Origin: a virus
Strand: one strand, 5' to 3'
IMG/VR virus record: IMGVR_UViG_3300042341_001047
DNA length: 64,000 nucleotides
The translations under genes were made by a program, and so were the position numbers. Below the pieces are notes generated by a model. The model did not search any database. It saw nothing but the letters and a program-made list of their open reading frames with translations, and had not been told where the DNA came from. Below, piece by piece: positions 46,856-56,705 of this stretch (positions within the stretch are counted from its first letter, which is position 1; the number at the start of each line of letters is the position of its first letter).

Positions 46856-49603
46856 ATGAAGTATATTAGTGGAAGAGATGAATTTCTTAGAAAAAGTATC
46901 AATAAAGTAAATGAATTTAAATCTTTAGAAGAAAAATATCCATCTCTGAAAGAAGAATATAAATCATCTGATTTCGAGCTAATACTTGAAGATAGTGGTC
47001 CTTTTGCAAATGATATTCCTTGGGGTGACTCATTATTAGGTAGATTAATTAATAGTACAATCAGAAAAGCTAAAATACAAGCTAATTTAGTTAGAATGAA
47101 AGGCGTTGTTTCTCGTTTAAAAAGTACATTTGATGACTTACTATTAGAATCAAAAGTAAATGACTTAGATGAAAGTGATTTAGCTGAATGGGCTAAAATT
47201 AGAAACTTCATATATCTTTATAACTTAGAAAAGGCTGTAAAGAATATGCATGTTGAAAAGACTCCTTTACAAGAAATAAAAAACTTAACTAATATAGCTA
47301 TTGAAAAAACAGAAGAAACTGCTGATATACCTAAGAAAAATGAGTTACTAAGACAATTAAATGAATGGAAGAAGTTTTTAGATTCAATTAAGGAAGAAGA
47401 TAACGTAACCGAAGAGGATATGGATCCAGAGAAAAAAGCTGAAAGAATCTCAGGTGAAAAAGTTTATCTATCATATATTGCTAATTTTCAAAGTGCTCTT
47501 AGAATCGTTAATAAATTTATAGTAGCTAACAAAAAAAGATCAGACGCTGTTCTTCCACACTTAGCTGGAAATAAAGGGTTTAAAGACGGAAAATTAACAG
47601 ATGCTGAAAAAGCAGAATTAGCTAAGAAAAAGGTACCAACAACAGGAGCTACAACAACTACAGTTGGGGCAACACAATCTGTTAATGCATCACATGAGTA
47701 TGAATTTAATTGGGTTTACTCAATTAACGAGGCTACTCCACCAGTACCACCAGCTCCACCAAAGTCAGATAGTAAAGTTTATAACTTAATAAAATCACTA
47801 CATGGTGTAGTTGCTCAAATAATGCCACCAAAAGAAAAGGGGTCTCAAATTGAAGGTATAAATGATTTTCTTAAAAAGGATATAAATGCACTTAAGAATG
47901 ACCAATATAAAAACCCAATTAAAAAAGTATATCAAACAGTTGCCAAAATTACAAAAATTGGTGATATAGCTAGTTCTGAGAATGATATAAATGCTTTATT
48001 GGCTAGGCCTGAAGATTTGGGTAAAAGAATGGCTGAACTTTATATAGTATCAAAAACAAAAGAAGATGGTAAATTCGAAGGACTTGATAAAGAACTACAA
48101 GATGAGTTAGCTATCTTTAACACTACAATGAAAGGTGCTTTATATTATAATCTTCAGTTTGGAAAACAACAATCAACTGAAAAATCAAATAAACCCGAAG
48201 ATAAAAAAGAAAGTATTATTAAAAAATACGATCTATTTATGAAAGTATTTGAAGCCGATGAAGCTCAAATAACAGAAGATAAACCTGAGGATAAAAAAGA
48301 GGATAAAAAAGAAGATAAATCAGGTGAGGTCGGAGATAGACCTAAATCAGGTTTTATAACAAAGATACAAGACTGGTGGGGCCAAAATATGGACTTAAAA
48401 GAGTGGATGATGGACAAAGCCGAGGTTGAAAAAATAAGAATAAACTTAGATAAAAAACTTGCTGAGAAAAAAGATTCTGTTACAATAAGTAGTATTGATC
48501 CTGTATTAGAAATATGTAAAATATTTAATAGATCTTATAGAATACACACAACACAAGTCATACCAACTGGAAGAAGTGGTGGTAAAGTATCTAACAAAAC
48601 ATACATGGAATATACTTGTTTTGGTTCAGGATCACCAGCAAATGCAGGTGAAGGAGGAGGACCATATAGAAATAATAAGTTATTTGATCAATGGTATGAT
48701 GCTGTGATGGATATACTTAAAGAGAAAAAATATCAACCTATATTTAATGTTGGAACAAGAATGAAAGTTGGTGATGAATATATCGACAGAGCTGGATCTA
48801 ACTTAGGTAAATTTATGAGAGATATGTTAGAAGGTGATGAGTTCTTTACTAAGAGTAAAGATGGTGGTGGTCCACAATCAAAATTCTTAGATAAATATTT
48901 TGGATATAAAGATCCAGCAAATATAGAAAAAGACATAGCATATGAAGGAACAGCTGAGATGGATGAAATTAGCACAGTTGCTGGAAGTATGCCAAAACCA
49001 ATTGATATTAGGTTTGTAAAAACTCTGATACCATACACCGAAGCTAAGGAATTGGTAGGAACATTTTTTGCTATAAAAGACAAAACATCATCCGAATATA
49101 CTTTCTTTTTCATACAAAGTATAGATGGTGACTTTGCTTATGTTTTATTTAGTAATGGATTTGGAAAATTCAAAAATTCAATATCTAGAGGAGCACCAAA
49201 AGGTAACTATAATTCAAAAGATGGTGACGTTAAACTTGGAAATAATGTAACAACAGAAACAAATTCAAATGGATTACCATGGTCAATATATGGTGCAAAG
49301 ATAGCTATAAAAACATTGATAAATGTATCAGGTGGAATTGCAAATACCAATAAGAAAACATTAACTGGAATAGGATTATCAAAAGATGATGAATCTAAAA
49401 TTGTAGTTGGTGGTGGAGAAGAAAAAGGAGGAGTTAGAGATGAGATAACACCAAGTGAGATAATAACTCTAATAAAATTAGAAGGTGAAGTACCATCAAA
49501 TAATAGATATAAACTATCAAAAGCGGAAACTGATAAACTTAAAACACCTTTCTCTAAGTTACTAAGAGAAATACCAGAAATAAACTCAACAAGCTTTAAA
49601 TAA
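46856..49603 (+). CDS. large putative virion/internal protein
   Basis: About 915 aa; late motif; internal IIKKYDLFMKVFE motif and low-complexity linkers. Confidence 0.6.
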   Translation: MKYISGRDEFLRKSINKVNEFKSLEEKYPSLKEEYKSSDFELILEDSGPFANDIPWGDSLLGRLINSTIRKAKIQANLVRMKGVVSRLKSTFDDLLLESKVNDLDESDLAEWAKIRNFIYLYNLEKAVKNMHVEKTPLQEIKNLTNIAIEKTEETADIPKKNELLRQLNEWKKFLDSIKEEDNVTEEDMDPEKKAERISGEKVYLSYIANFQSALRIVNKFIVANKKRSDAVLPHLAGNKGFKDGKLTDAEKAELAKKKVPTTGATTTTVGATQSVNASHEYEFNWVYSINEATPPVPPAPPKSDSKVYNLIKSLHGVVAQIMPPKEKGSQIEGINDFLKKDINALKNDQYKNPIKKVYQTVAKITKIGDIASSENDINALLARPEDLGKRMAELYIVSKTKEDGKFEGLDKELQDELAIFNTTMKGALYYNLQFGKQQSTEKSNKPEDKKESIIKKYDLFMKVFEADEAQITEDKPEDKKEDKKEDKSGEVGDRPKSGFITKIQDWWGQNMDLKEWMMDKAEVEKIRINLDKKLAEKKDSVTISSIDPVLEICKIFNRSYRIHTTQVIPTGRSGGKVSNKTYMEYTCFGSGSPANAGEGGGPYRNNKLFDQWYDAVMDILKEKKYQPIFNVGTRMKVGDEYIDRAGSNLGKFMRDMLEGDEFFTKSKDGGGPQSKFLDKYFGYKDPANIEKDIAYEGTAEMDEISTVAGSMPKPIDIRFVKTLIPYTEAKELVGTFFAIKDKTSSEYTFFFIQSIDGDFAYVLFSNGFGKFKNSISRGAPKGNYNSKDGDVKLGNNVTTETNSNGLPWSIYGAKIAIKTLINVSGGIANTNKKTLTGIGLSKDDESKIVVGGGEEKGGVRDEITPSEIITLIKLEGEVPSNNRYKLSKAETDKLKTPFSKLLREIPEINSTSFK

Positions 49604-50169
49604 TGAGACACTTAAAAAAATTCAAACTATTTAATGAGGAAGTTGATTTTGAAACAAATATCACTGATGAGCCTGATTTAAAAATGTCTAAGGAAAAATT
49701 ATCAACATTAAAGAAAAATCTTACTGATTATAAGACGAAGAAACCTTTACTAGATAAAGCTTACCTAACAGCTCTAACAGACATTGATTTAAAATCGGCT
49801 GTAGATGGAATTGTTGGTAAGACTGACACTTTACCAGAAAAAGATAGGAATCCTTTTTTAGTAGAATATTTACATGTAGCTAATCTTAAAAGAAAAGTAG
49901 ATAAGTTTCAAAAAGATATAACTAAGGATAAAATATCAAAAGATGATTTTCAAGAAGAATTAAGTTTAGCAACTGAAACTAGTACAAAAGCTGCTGTTAG
50001 TAAAAAGTTAACCGATATAAATACAAGAATATCGACTAAAACTACTACTATATCATCATTAGTTAAAGATATTTCAGATGCTCAAAAGGCTCTTGATACA
50101 AAAATGTCTAATGTAGAAAAAGAAATGATGGATTATATTAAAAAAATATCCTCAGAAACTCAAAAATAG
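49603..50169 (+). CDS. coiled-coil protein with capsid-targeting-like N-terminus
   Basis: MRHLKKFKLFNEE. Confidence 0.6.
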   Translation: MRHLKKFKLFNEEVDFETNITDEPDLKMSKEKLSTLKKNLTDYKTKKPLLDKAYLTALTDIDLKSAVDGIVGKTDTLPEKDRNPFLVEYLHVANLKRKVDKFQKDITKDKISKDDFQEELSLATETSTKAAVSKKLTDINTRISTKTTTISSLVKDISDAQKALDTKMSNVEKEMMDYIKKISSETQK

Positions 50170-50230
50170 AAAAAATATCGTTTTTTAAGTTTTATATATA
50201 CTACATAACATAAAAAAAATTATAAATAAT

Positions 50231-53200
50231 ATGGCAATTCAAATTGGAAAATACAAAAGACCAGGAATCTTCATAGAAGAATTTGACAATTCAATTATCA
50301 GTAGCCCAATAGTAGAGGGAATTACTAACATGGTAATTGGTGTGTCTAAAAAAGGACCAGTTAATACTCCTATTAGATTAACTACTACAGGTGATCTTGA
50401 ATCTATCTTTGGTCAATTGGACAGAGGTTTAGAAAGAAAAGGTTCTTTTTTCCACAGAACAATAGCTAAGATGTTAGAGTCATCTCCTGTTTTCGCTATC
50501 AATCTTTTAACTACAGATGATACATTAGATTTAATTGAATATAAATCTTTATCAGCATCTTCAGGATATGTAAATGATATAGAAAGAGAAGGACCTTATA
50601 GAAGATTCTTTGATACTACTGGATTCTGGAAAAGAGACGCTGAGTCTTTCATGAATCTTACAAAAAGTAATGTTGGATATTCTGAAAGAGCATTCAGCTT
50701 AACAAACTTATCTGATAAGTATGTTACTGCATTTGTAGTAAAAAGTGCTAGAACTGGATTTGATAGAACATTAATCGAATGGTATGGTTCTATTGAAAAA
50801 CTTCCAGCATATGTTAATGCTAATGACTTCGCATCTGACTATTTAGTTGATGTTATCGTTGTTAGTGGTGACTGGTCAAATTATCAAGAATTGGCAATTG
50901 ATACAAGATGGAGTGCTTACTTTAACGCATCTGGTTTAGTTAAAACTCAATTAAGATCTTTCGCTAATGATAGAAATGTTACATTGTTAGCATACTACGA
51001 AGGATTGTCATTGATTCCATATTTTAGAGATTCAAACGGAACAAACATATTTATTGAAACTACAATTAACAGAGATACTGATAGAACTGGATTATTCTGT
51101 TCATTCAATGCTGATTTAGTTGAAACAGACTATTACAATGGTTTATTAGACTTAGTTGGTAATACAATAGCTGGTGAGAATGAGACTGATATTGAATTCT
51201 TATCTTATAAAGAAACTATAGCTGAATCAATTGAGATTACAGCAGTTCCTCTTGATTTACCAGGTAACGTAACAGCTGTCTTAGGTGGTAGTTTTAGTTA
51301 TGTTCAATTTCCACACGCATTTGACTCAAGTTTACCAGGAGATAGTCCTGTATCAAGTGGTGTTATAGATGCTAGTAACTTCGATAATAGAACTTCTTGG
51401 TTTGGTGAGAATTATGTTCATAATGTTGTTCAAGACTCAACAGTTTCAGCAGCATCTGCATCAATATCTATATCATATAATGTTGCATCTGGAGCATTTG
51501 CTGTAATTGGTGATAAAGAAGTTCCTGTTTCTGGAACAACATCATTAGTAATAACAGCTAGTGATTATGCTTTTTCAGGATCACAATTAACATTTGCATC
51601 TGTATTCACACTTGATTCAACAGGTGAGATTTCAGTAACAAGTAATTTGGTTGGTAGTCCAGCAGGAACACCAGCGAATCCAACGGTTGCTTTAAGTGAC
51701 ATCGTTCTTGGATACGCTACATTTAGTATGATAAATCAACAAATTATCCCAACATCTGTAAAAATAAATCCAGTAAATATTGGAACAAGTAGTACAACAT
51801 CAGGTTTTGTTGATTACAAATTTGGAACATCAATTACAGATGATTATTTTATCGCAACACAAAGTACAGCAGGTTCAATTAAAGTTGAGTTCCAAAACAC
51901 GAACACATCTGCATCACCAGCTAACTACAAACAATATAGAAGATTTAAGATGTTCTATAAATTAGTTGACCTAATTAGTTCATCTAATAAAGATAAAATG
52001 TCTATATGTTTAGGTCCAAATCTTGGATATAGAAAAGTAAGTCTTTCATCAATGACTATAACTGATATTGTTGCAACAACAACAACATCAAACAAATCAT
52101 TTGTATTAAACACTGGTTTAACTAATGTTGAATTAGCTGATGTATTGAAAGGTTACTTATCATTCTACACAGTAGATAACGAGTTTATCCTTGGTACTGA
52201 TTCTGTATCTACAAAAGAAGCACAACCAACAGGTACTAATGGTGTTGTTGGTAGATACTCTAAATTCTACTCAAGATACTTTGATGGAATAATTAATACA
52301 GGAGATTACTTCTACTCAAATAAAATTACAATCGCTCCACCATTTGCGGTTGGAGATACAGTAAATGTAATATTCATTGATGGTGAAGATAATACAAATG
52401 GTGGAACAAATATGGGACCTACTTCTTCATTCGCTGGAAATAATTATGTAGTGATTGAAAGTTCAGTTGACCCAGCATGGGGTACTTATGACCAATTTAT
52501 AGTTCCTAATTCAGAAAAGAATACGGGTACATTTACTATCATAGATACCGATTCGTCATTAGCTTCAGACCTTGGATATGGTGCTGGATACTACGCATAT
52601 GGAGTAACTGAAGAAGTAGTATATGAAGAATTATTTAATGTAAATACTATATTTGATTACAATATCAAACATTACTTAAAAATGTATTTAGATAATGATG
52701 GAGTTTTAGAAGTTGAGTTCAAAGATGAAACGTTCACAGCAACTGAGCCGGTAGATGTAACATCAAATAATACATTCTTTATTCAATCAGCTAAATCAAA
52801 CTTCAAACAAACAATCGAAGTTGAATTACCAGCTGGATATATTCAAGTACCTAATAAGATACTTGTAACAGGAACAAGATACACTGAAGTAAGAGTTGGT
52901 GACTTCTTATCAGCATACTATGACTCAAGTTTATTAGCAATTGGTGAAGTCCCAAGAAAACTTACAAGAATTCTTTCTAAAAGACAATATAGTGGAGATC
53001 CTACTTTAGTTGAAATCACTTGTGACTCTAGAATCGCAACAAGTTATAGTGGTTCAGCATTACAAGCTACAAGATATACTTCTGTTGACAATTACGCAAC
53101 AACTTACAAGGCAATATCTCTTAAAGGATTTAGAATTAGACAAGCATCTTTACCTGATGGAACTGAAGCTAGACAAAACTCTATTCTTAACTTAGTTGCT

Positions 53201-54151
53201 AAAGGAACACCATTGTTCAAAGCAGTAACTAATAAAGAAGCAATTGACTTTAGATATTTAATAGATTCATTTGGACTTGGTCTGACTGAAAGATCTAAAC
53301 AACAATTGGTTGATATATGTGGTGATAGATTAGACGCATTTGGTGTCTTAAACATGCCTTCGATGAAGTCATTCAAAAACTCATCTTCTCCATCTTTTGT
53401 TAACTCTGAAGGAGTTTTACAATTAGAGTATGTAGCGAGTGGAGGAGACCCTGAAAGTTCACCAGCATTCCTTTACTCATTCGGTGACGGAGCAGGTTCA
53501 ACTTGTGTTGGTTACTTTATGCCGTATGTAGTTACAAATGATAATGGTAGACCAGTTGATGTTCCACCAGCAGCATGGGTAGCAACTACATATATGAGAA
53601 AACAAAACTCAAATGCAAGTGGTATAACTCCTTGGACAATTGCAGCGGGTGTTACTAATGGTAGAATCACTAACATCGTGGAAACTGAAATGGATTTTAC
53701 TTTAACTGATATCGAATATATTAACCAAGCTCAAATGAACCCTATCGTGTTCAAGAGAAATAGAGGAAATGTAATTGAGACTGAAAACACAGCTCAAACA
53801 CTTTACAAATCAGCTCTTTCTTACATTCACGTTAGAGAGGTCCTTATCGAACTTGAAAGAGAATTATCAAGTATGTTATTAGACTTCCAATGGAAATTTA
53901 ATACACCTGATATTAGAGCTGAGATTAAACTTAGAGCTGACGTAATTTGTGAGACTTACGTTTCTAGAAATGGTTTATTTAACTACTTCAATAAAATGGA
54001 TGAGGAAAATAACACTAATGAGATTATCGATAACCAAATTGGTGTCCTTGATACATATGTTGAACCAATCAAAGGTATGGGAATAATTGTGAATAACATT
54101 ACAATTCTTAGAACTGGAGCAATCAACGCAGGTGGTTTCATGAATGGATAA
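50231..54151 (+). CDS. tail sheath protein (gp18-like) with large insertions
   Basis: RPGIFIEEFD, G.SKKGPVNTP, SALSYIHVRE, FN...RA, D..NNT.EIID; 1306 aa. Confidence 0.9.
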   Translation: MAIQIGKYKRPGIFIEEFDNSIISSPIVEGITNMVIGVSKKGPVNTPIRLTTTGDLESIFGQLDRGLERKGSFFHRTIAKMLESSPVFAINLLTTDDTLDLIEYKSLSASSGYVNDIEREGPYRRFFDTTGFWKRDAESFMNLTKSNVGYSERAFSLTNLSDKYVTAFVVKSARTGFDRTLIEWYGSIEKLPAYVNANDFASDYLVDVIVVSGDWSNYQELAIDTRWSAYFNASGLVKTQLRSFANDRNVTLLAYYEGLSLIPYFRDSNGTNIFIETTINRDTDRTGLFCSFNADLVETDYYNGLLDLVGNTIAGENETDIEFLSYKETIAESIEITAVPLDLPGNVTAVLGGSFSYVQFPHAFDSSLPGDSPVSSGVIDASNFDNRTSWFGENYVHNVVQDSTVSAASASISISYNVASGAFAVIGDKEVPVSGTTSLVITASDYAFSGSQLTFASVFTLDSTGEISVTSNLVGSPAGTPANPTVALSDIVLGYATFSMINQQIIPTSVKINPVNIGTSSTTSGFVDYKFGTSITDDYFIATQSTAGSIKVEFQNTNTSASPANYKQYRRFKMFYKLVDLISSSNKDKMSICLGPNLGYRKVSLSSMTITDIVATTTTSNKSFVLNTGLTNVELADVLKGYLSFYTVDNEFILGTDSVSTKEAQPTGTNGVVGRYSKFYSRYFDGIINTGDYFYSNKITIAPPFAVGDTVNVIFIDGEDNTNGGTNMGPTSSFAGNNYVVIESSVDPAWGTYDQFIVPNSEKNTGTFTIIDTDSSLASDLGYGAGYYAYGVTEEVVYEELFNVNTIFDYNIKHYLKMYLDNDGVLEVEFKDETFTATEPVDVTSNNTFFIQSAKSNFKQTIEVELPAGYIQVPNKILVTGTRYTEVRVGDFLSAYYDSSLLAIGEVPRKLTRILSKRQYSGDPTLVEITCDSRIATSYSGSALQATRYTSVDNYATTYKAISLKGFRIRQASLPDGTEARQNSILNLVAKGTPLFKAVTNKEAIDFRYLIDSFGLGLTERSKQQLVDICGDRLDAFGVLNMPSMKSFKNSSSPSFVNSEGVLQLEYVASGGDPESSPAFLYSFGDGAGSTCVGYFMPYVVTNDNGRPVDVPPAAWVATTYMRKQNSNASGITPWTIAAGVTNGRITNIVETEMDFTLTDIEYINQAQMNPIVFKRNRGNVIETENTAQTLYKSALSYIHVREVLIELERELSSMLLDFQWKFNTPDIRAEIKLRADVICETYVSRNGLFNYFNKMDEENNTNEIIDNQIGVLDTYVEPIKGMGIIVNNITILRTGAINAGGFMNG

Positions 54152-54166
54152 TAAATAATAAAAAAT

Positions 54167-54198
54167 AAAAAAACCAGATAGAAATATCTGGTTTTTTT
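54167..54198 (+). terminator. terminator after sheath
   Basis: AAAAAACCAGATA-GAAA-TATCTGGTTTTTT. Confidence 0.75.
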
Positions 54199-54324
54199 AT
54201 TTTAAAATAGTTAAACTTTCTACTCTTTTTTAGTTATAAAACTAACGATAAAAATATATTTGTTCAAAAAACAGAAGAGAGAACGAATACTAATATATAA
54301 TAAAATAAAAAATAATTACACAAT

Positions 54325-55269
54325 ATGTCTAATGAAAACGAAATGAGTGAAGAAGAATACCTTAAGAAACATCTTAGTGGTATAGATAGCTCAAGTAATA
54401 ACTCACAAAACTCTGATATCCCGTTTGTAGCTCAACCAAAAGTTGATAATACAAGAACAACTGACCTTCAGTATTTTAACTTCAATATTGAAGAGTTACC
54501 TTGTGGTGATTTCTACCCAACTGGCACACTATTTATGGTAAGACCAGCAAAAGTAAGAGAAATTCAAGCATATTCAATGGTTGATGATAATAACTTTTAT
54601 GATATAGTAGAAAAAATGAATGATATGTTACAATCTTGTGTAAGAATTAAATACTCAGATGGTAAAATAGGTTCTTATCTAGAAGTGAAAGACCAAGATA
54701 GATTATATTTACTATTCTTAATAAGAGAACTTACTTTCCAACAAGGAAATACATTAACAATTCCAGCGAAATGTGGAGTTTGTTCTACTGAATTATCAAT
54801 TGATCTTAAAAGAGAAAACTTTACTTTCCATGATGTTGATGAAAAATTGGATAGATATTTCAGTTTATCTGATAGAACATATCACTTTTCTACAGTAAAC
54901 GGAAGAAACTTTGAATTAACACCACCAAATATTGGTCTTCAAAAAGCTTTCACAGATTATATCTTAAGAGAGAATAATGAGAAAAGAACTCCAAATCTTT
55001 CTTTCTTAAAGATTATTCCTTTTATGTTAGGTGGAAGAACTACAATTACATATGAAGGAATCAAAGCTAAACTTAAAGAGTTTGAAGAAATAGATGATAT
55101 TTCATTCCAATTCCTAAACGCAGCTGTAAGTAAAATGACTTTTGGTATCAAGGAATTGAAGAAAACCTGTACGTGTGGTGAGGAGGTCCACACAGATATG
55201 CAATTTCCCAACGGAGCCTCAGGTATTTTCATTATTCACGATGCCTTTGAAGCATATATTAAAGAATAA
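54325..55269 (+). CDS. baseplate hub assembly protein (gp26-like)
   Basis: LPC.G.FY, VRPAKVRE, DRLYLL..IRE, CGVC and CTCG pairs. Confidence 0.6.
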   Translation: MSNENEMSEEEYLKKHLSGIDSSSNNSQNSDIPFVAQPKVDNTRTTDLQYFNFNIEELPCGDFYPTGTLFMVRPAKVREIQAYSMVDDNNFYDIVEKMNDMLQSCVRIKYSDGKIGSYLEVKDQDRLYLLFLIRELTFQQGNTLTIPAKCGVCSTELSIDLKRENFTFHDVDEKLDRYFSLSDRTYHFSTVNGRNFELTPPNIGLQKAFTDYILRENNEKRTPNLSFLKIIPFMLGGRTTITYEGIKAKLKEFEEIDDISFQFLNAAVSKMTFGIKELKKTCTCGEEVHTDMQFPNGASGIFIIHDAFEAYIKE

Positions 55270-55492
55270 GTTATTGCTACAAAAACATTTCAAAACTCAA
55301 GAAATATCAATGGATGAGTGGCCATTTTGGATGTTTGAAGAAAACATAAAACTGGTAAACGAAATCATAGAAGAGGAAGATTCAGAGAAAAAGAAACAAG
55401 AAGGAGAACAATCAAAAGGAATGCCGAACTTCGACGCAAACTCAATGATGAAAAACGCATCTAGTTTCTCAAGTAACATACCCAAATTTTAA
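55241..55492 (+). CDS. baseplate hub assembly chaperone (gp51-like)
   Basis: NKLLLQKHF....SMDEWPFW.FE; overlaps the upstream gene; ATG 55241 preferred. Confidence 0.5.
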   Translation: MPLKHILKNKLLLQKHFKTQEISMDEWPFWMFEENIKLVNEIIEEEDSEKKKQEGEQSKGMPNFDANSMMKNASSFSSNIPKF

Positions 55493-55499
55493 TTAAAAT

Positions 55500-55574
55500 A
55501 AAAACCCACTTCGGTGGGTTTTTTTATGCAACAAAAAGGCATAAAAAAACCATCAATTTTTATTGATGGTTTTT
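55500..55574. terminator. two terminators between convergent genes
   Basis: AAAACCCAC-TTCG-GTGGGTTTT and AAAAACCATCAAT...ATTGATGGTTTTT. Confidence 0.75.
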
Positions 55575-55590
55575 AATTAATATTTAAATG

Positions 55591-56217
55591 TTATTGACCA
55601 TATCCAGAAACTAGTGGATTAGTAATTGTAAAGTCATTATCAATATATTCATCAATAAAGTAGTCATAGATAAAGTCAGCTTGAAGATTCTCCATAATGT
55701 TATTAGAAGACCAGTCAAGTGCGTAACCAGCTAATTGTTTGATTTGTACGTTTTGATAAGTAACACGTCTTAATACAACACCTTTTTTATCATGTTGATT
55801 AACGATAACTGTACCAATGATATCACTCTTATAGTGTAATGAACCATTTTGAGAATTGAATACTAAATCGTACCAAGCTTTCAAAGCATTCCATACCTCC
55901 ATCGAACCTGCTTGATTTACGTTAACATTGAATTTAATGTTAAATTCACCAGCGGTTTTAGTTGGAGTTGTCAAAAATTGACGAGTTGAATACTTGAATC
56001 TTTGTTCTTTGATACCAACGTCAAATTGAGTTAAGTTCATATCAATATTAAGTGCGTTTTGTAATAACAAAACTGGGTTTCTCCCTTGAGCAACCAAAAT
56101 TGTAGGTAAAACGAATGTCACCTCAAATAAGTTAAGGTAAACTACTTCATCCGGAAATGTTCCAGGTCCACCTGGAGATCCTACATTTATCAACTGTGTA
56201 TAATGTGGTAATGGCAT
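55591..56217 (-). CDS. tail tube protein (gp19-like)
   Basis: NLFEVTF, W.DLVFN..G....KSD, LDWSS, F.YDYF. Confidence 0.75.
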   Translation of the reverse strand: MPLPHYTQLINVGSPGGPGTFPDEVVYLNLFEVTFVLPTILVAQGRNPVLLLQNALNIDMNLTQFDVGIKEQRFKYSTRQFLTTPTKTAGEFNIKFNVNVNQAGSMEVWNALKAWYDLVFNSQNGSLHYKSDIIGTVIVNQHDKKGVVLRRVTYQNVQIKQLAGYALDWSSNNIMENLQADFIYDYFIDEYIDNDFTITNPLVSGYGQ

Positions 56218-56331
56218 ATTTTTTTTAATTATTTTTTATAAGTTATATATTTTAATTTTTACTTCCTTTATCTCTATTTTGAAAATTATGTTGTAAAAAA
56301 TGCCATTTCCACTATTTAATAAATAGTATAT

Positions 56332-56679
56332 ATGAATTGTAATTATAGATACTGTAATAAAGAAATTGTTTGGGGTAGACCAGATAGAAAGTTTTGTAAC
56401 AAAAATTGCAAGTCAAAAGAAAATGCCATAATAAAAGAACTAAAGTCACTTAATAGAAGAAACAAGGGAAATAAAGACTTTGTAGAAAAATCAAATATTA
56501 AACATAACTATAAGTACAACTATGACTTAACAGTATATGAAAATTGTAGAAGTTTAGTTAAAATAATATGCCCAATACACGGAGAATTTGAACAAACACC
56601 AAATGCTCATCTATATGCTGGAAGTGGATGTGAGAAATGCGCTAGAGAAGCTAGAAGAAAAGAAACAATTTCAGAATAA
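56332..56679 (+). CDS. zinc-binding homing-endonuclease-associated protein without nuclease domain
   Basis: C....C / FC...C and IICPIHGEFEQTPNAHL..GSGCEKC. Confidence 0.6.
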   Translation: MNCNYRYCNKEIVWGRPDRKFCNKNCKSKENAIIKELKSLNRRNKGNKDFVEKSNIKHNYKYNYDLTVYENCRSLVKIICPIHGEFEQTPNAHLYAGSGCEKCAREARRKETISE

Positions 56680-56705
56680 TTTCATATAAAAAGAAAACGT
56701 TTTTA

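Noticed and set aside
55175-55269. Programmed frameshift joining the hub gene to the next ORF
   Set aside because: No clear slippery heptamer, and an in-frame ATG at 55241 explains the overlap.
43551-56305. TGTAAAAAA(T)(G)CCA at about 43552 and 56292 as further copies of the 16-bp box
   Set aside because: Partial matches with different spacing to promoter motifs; not distinguishable from A-tract background.
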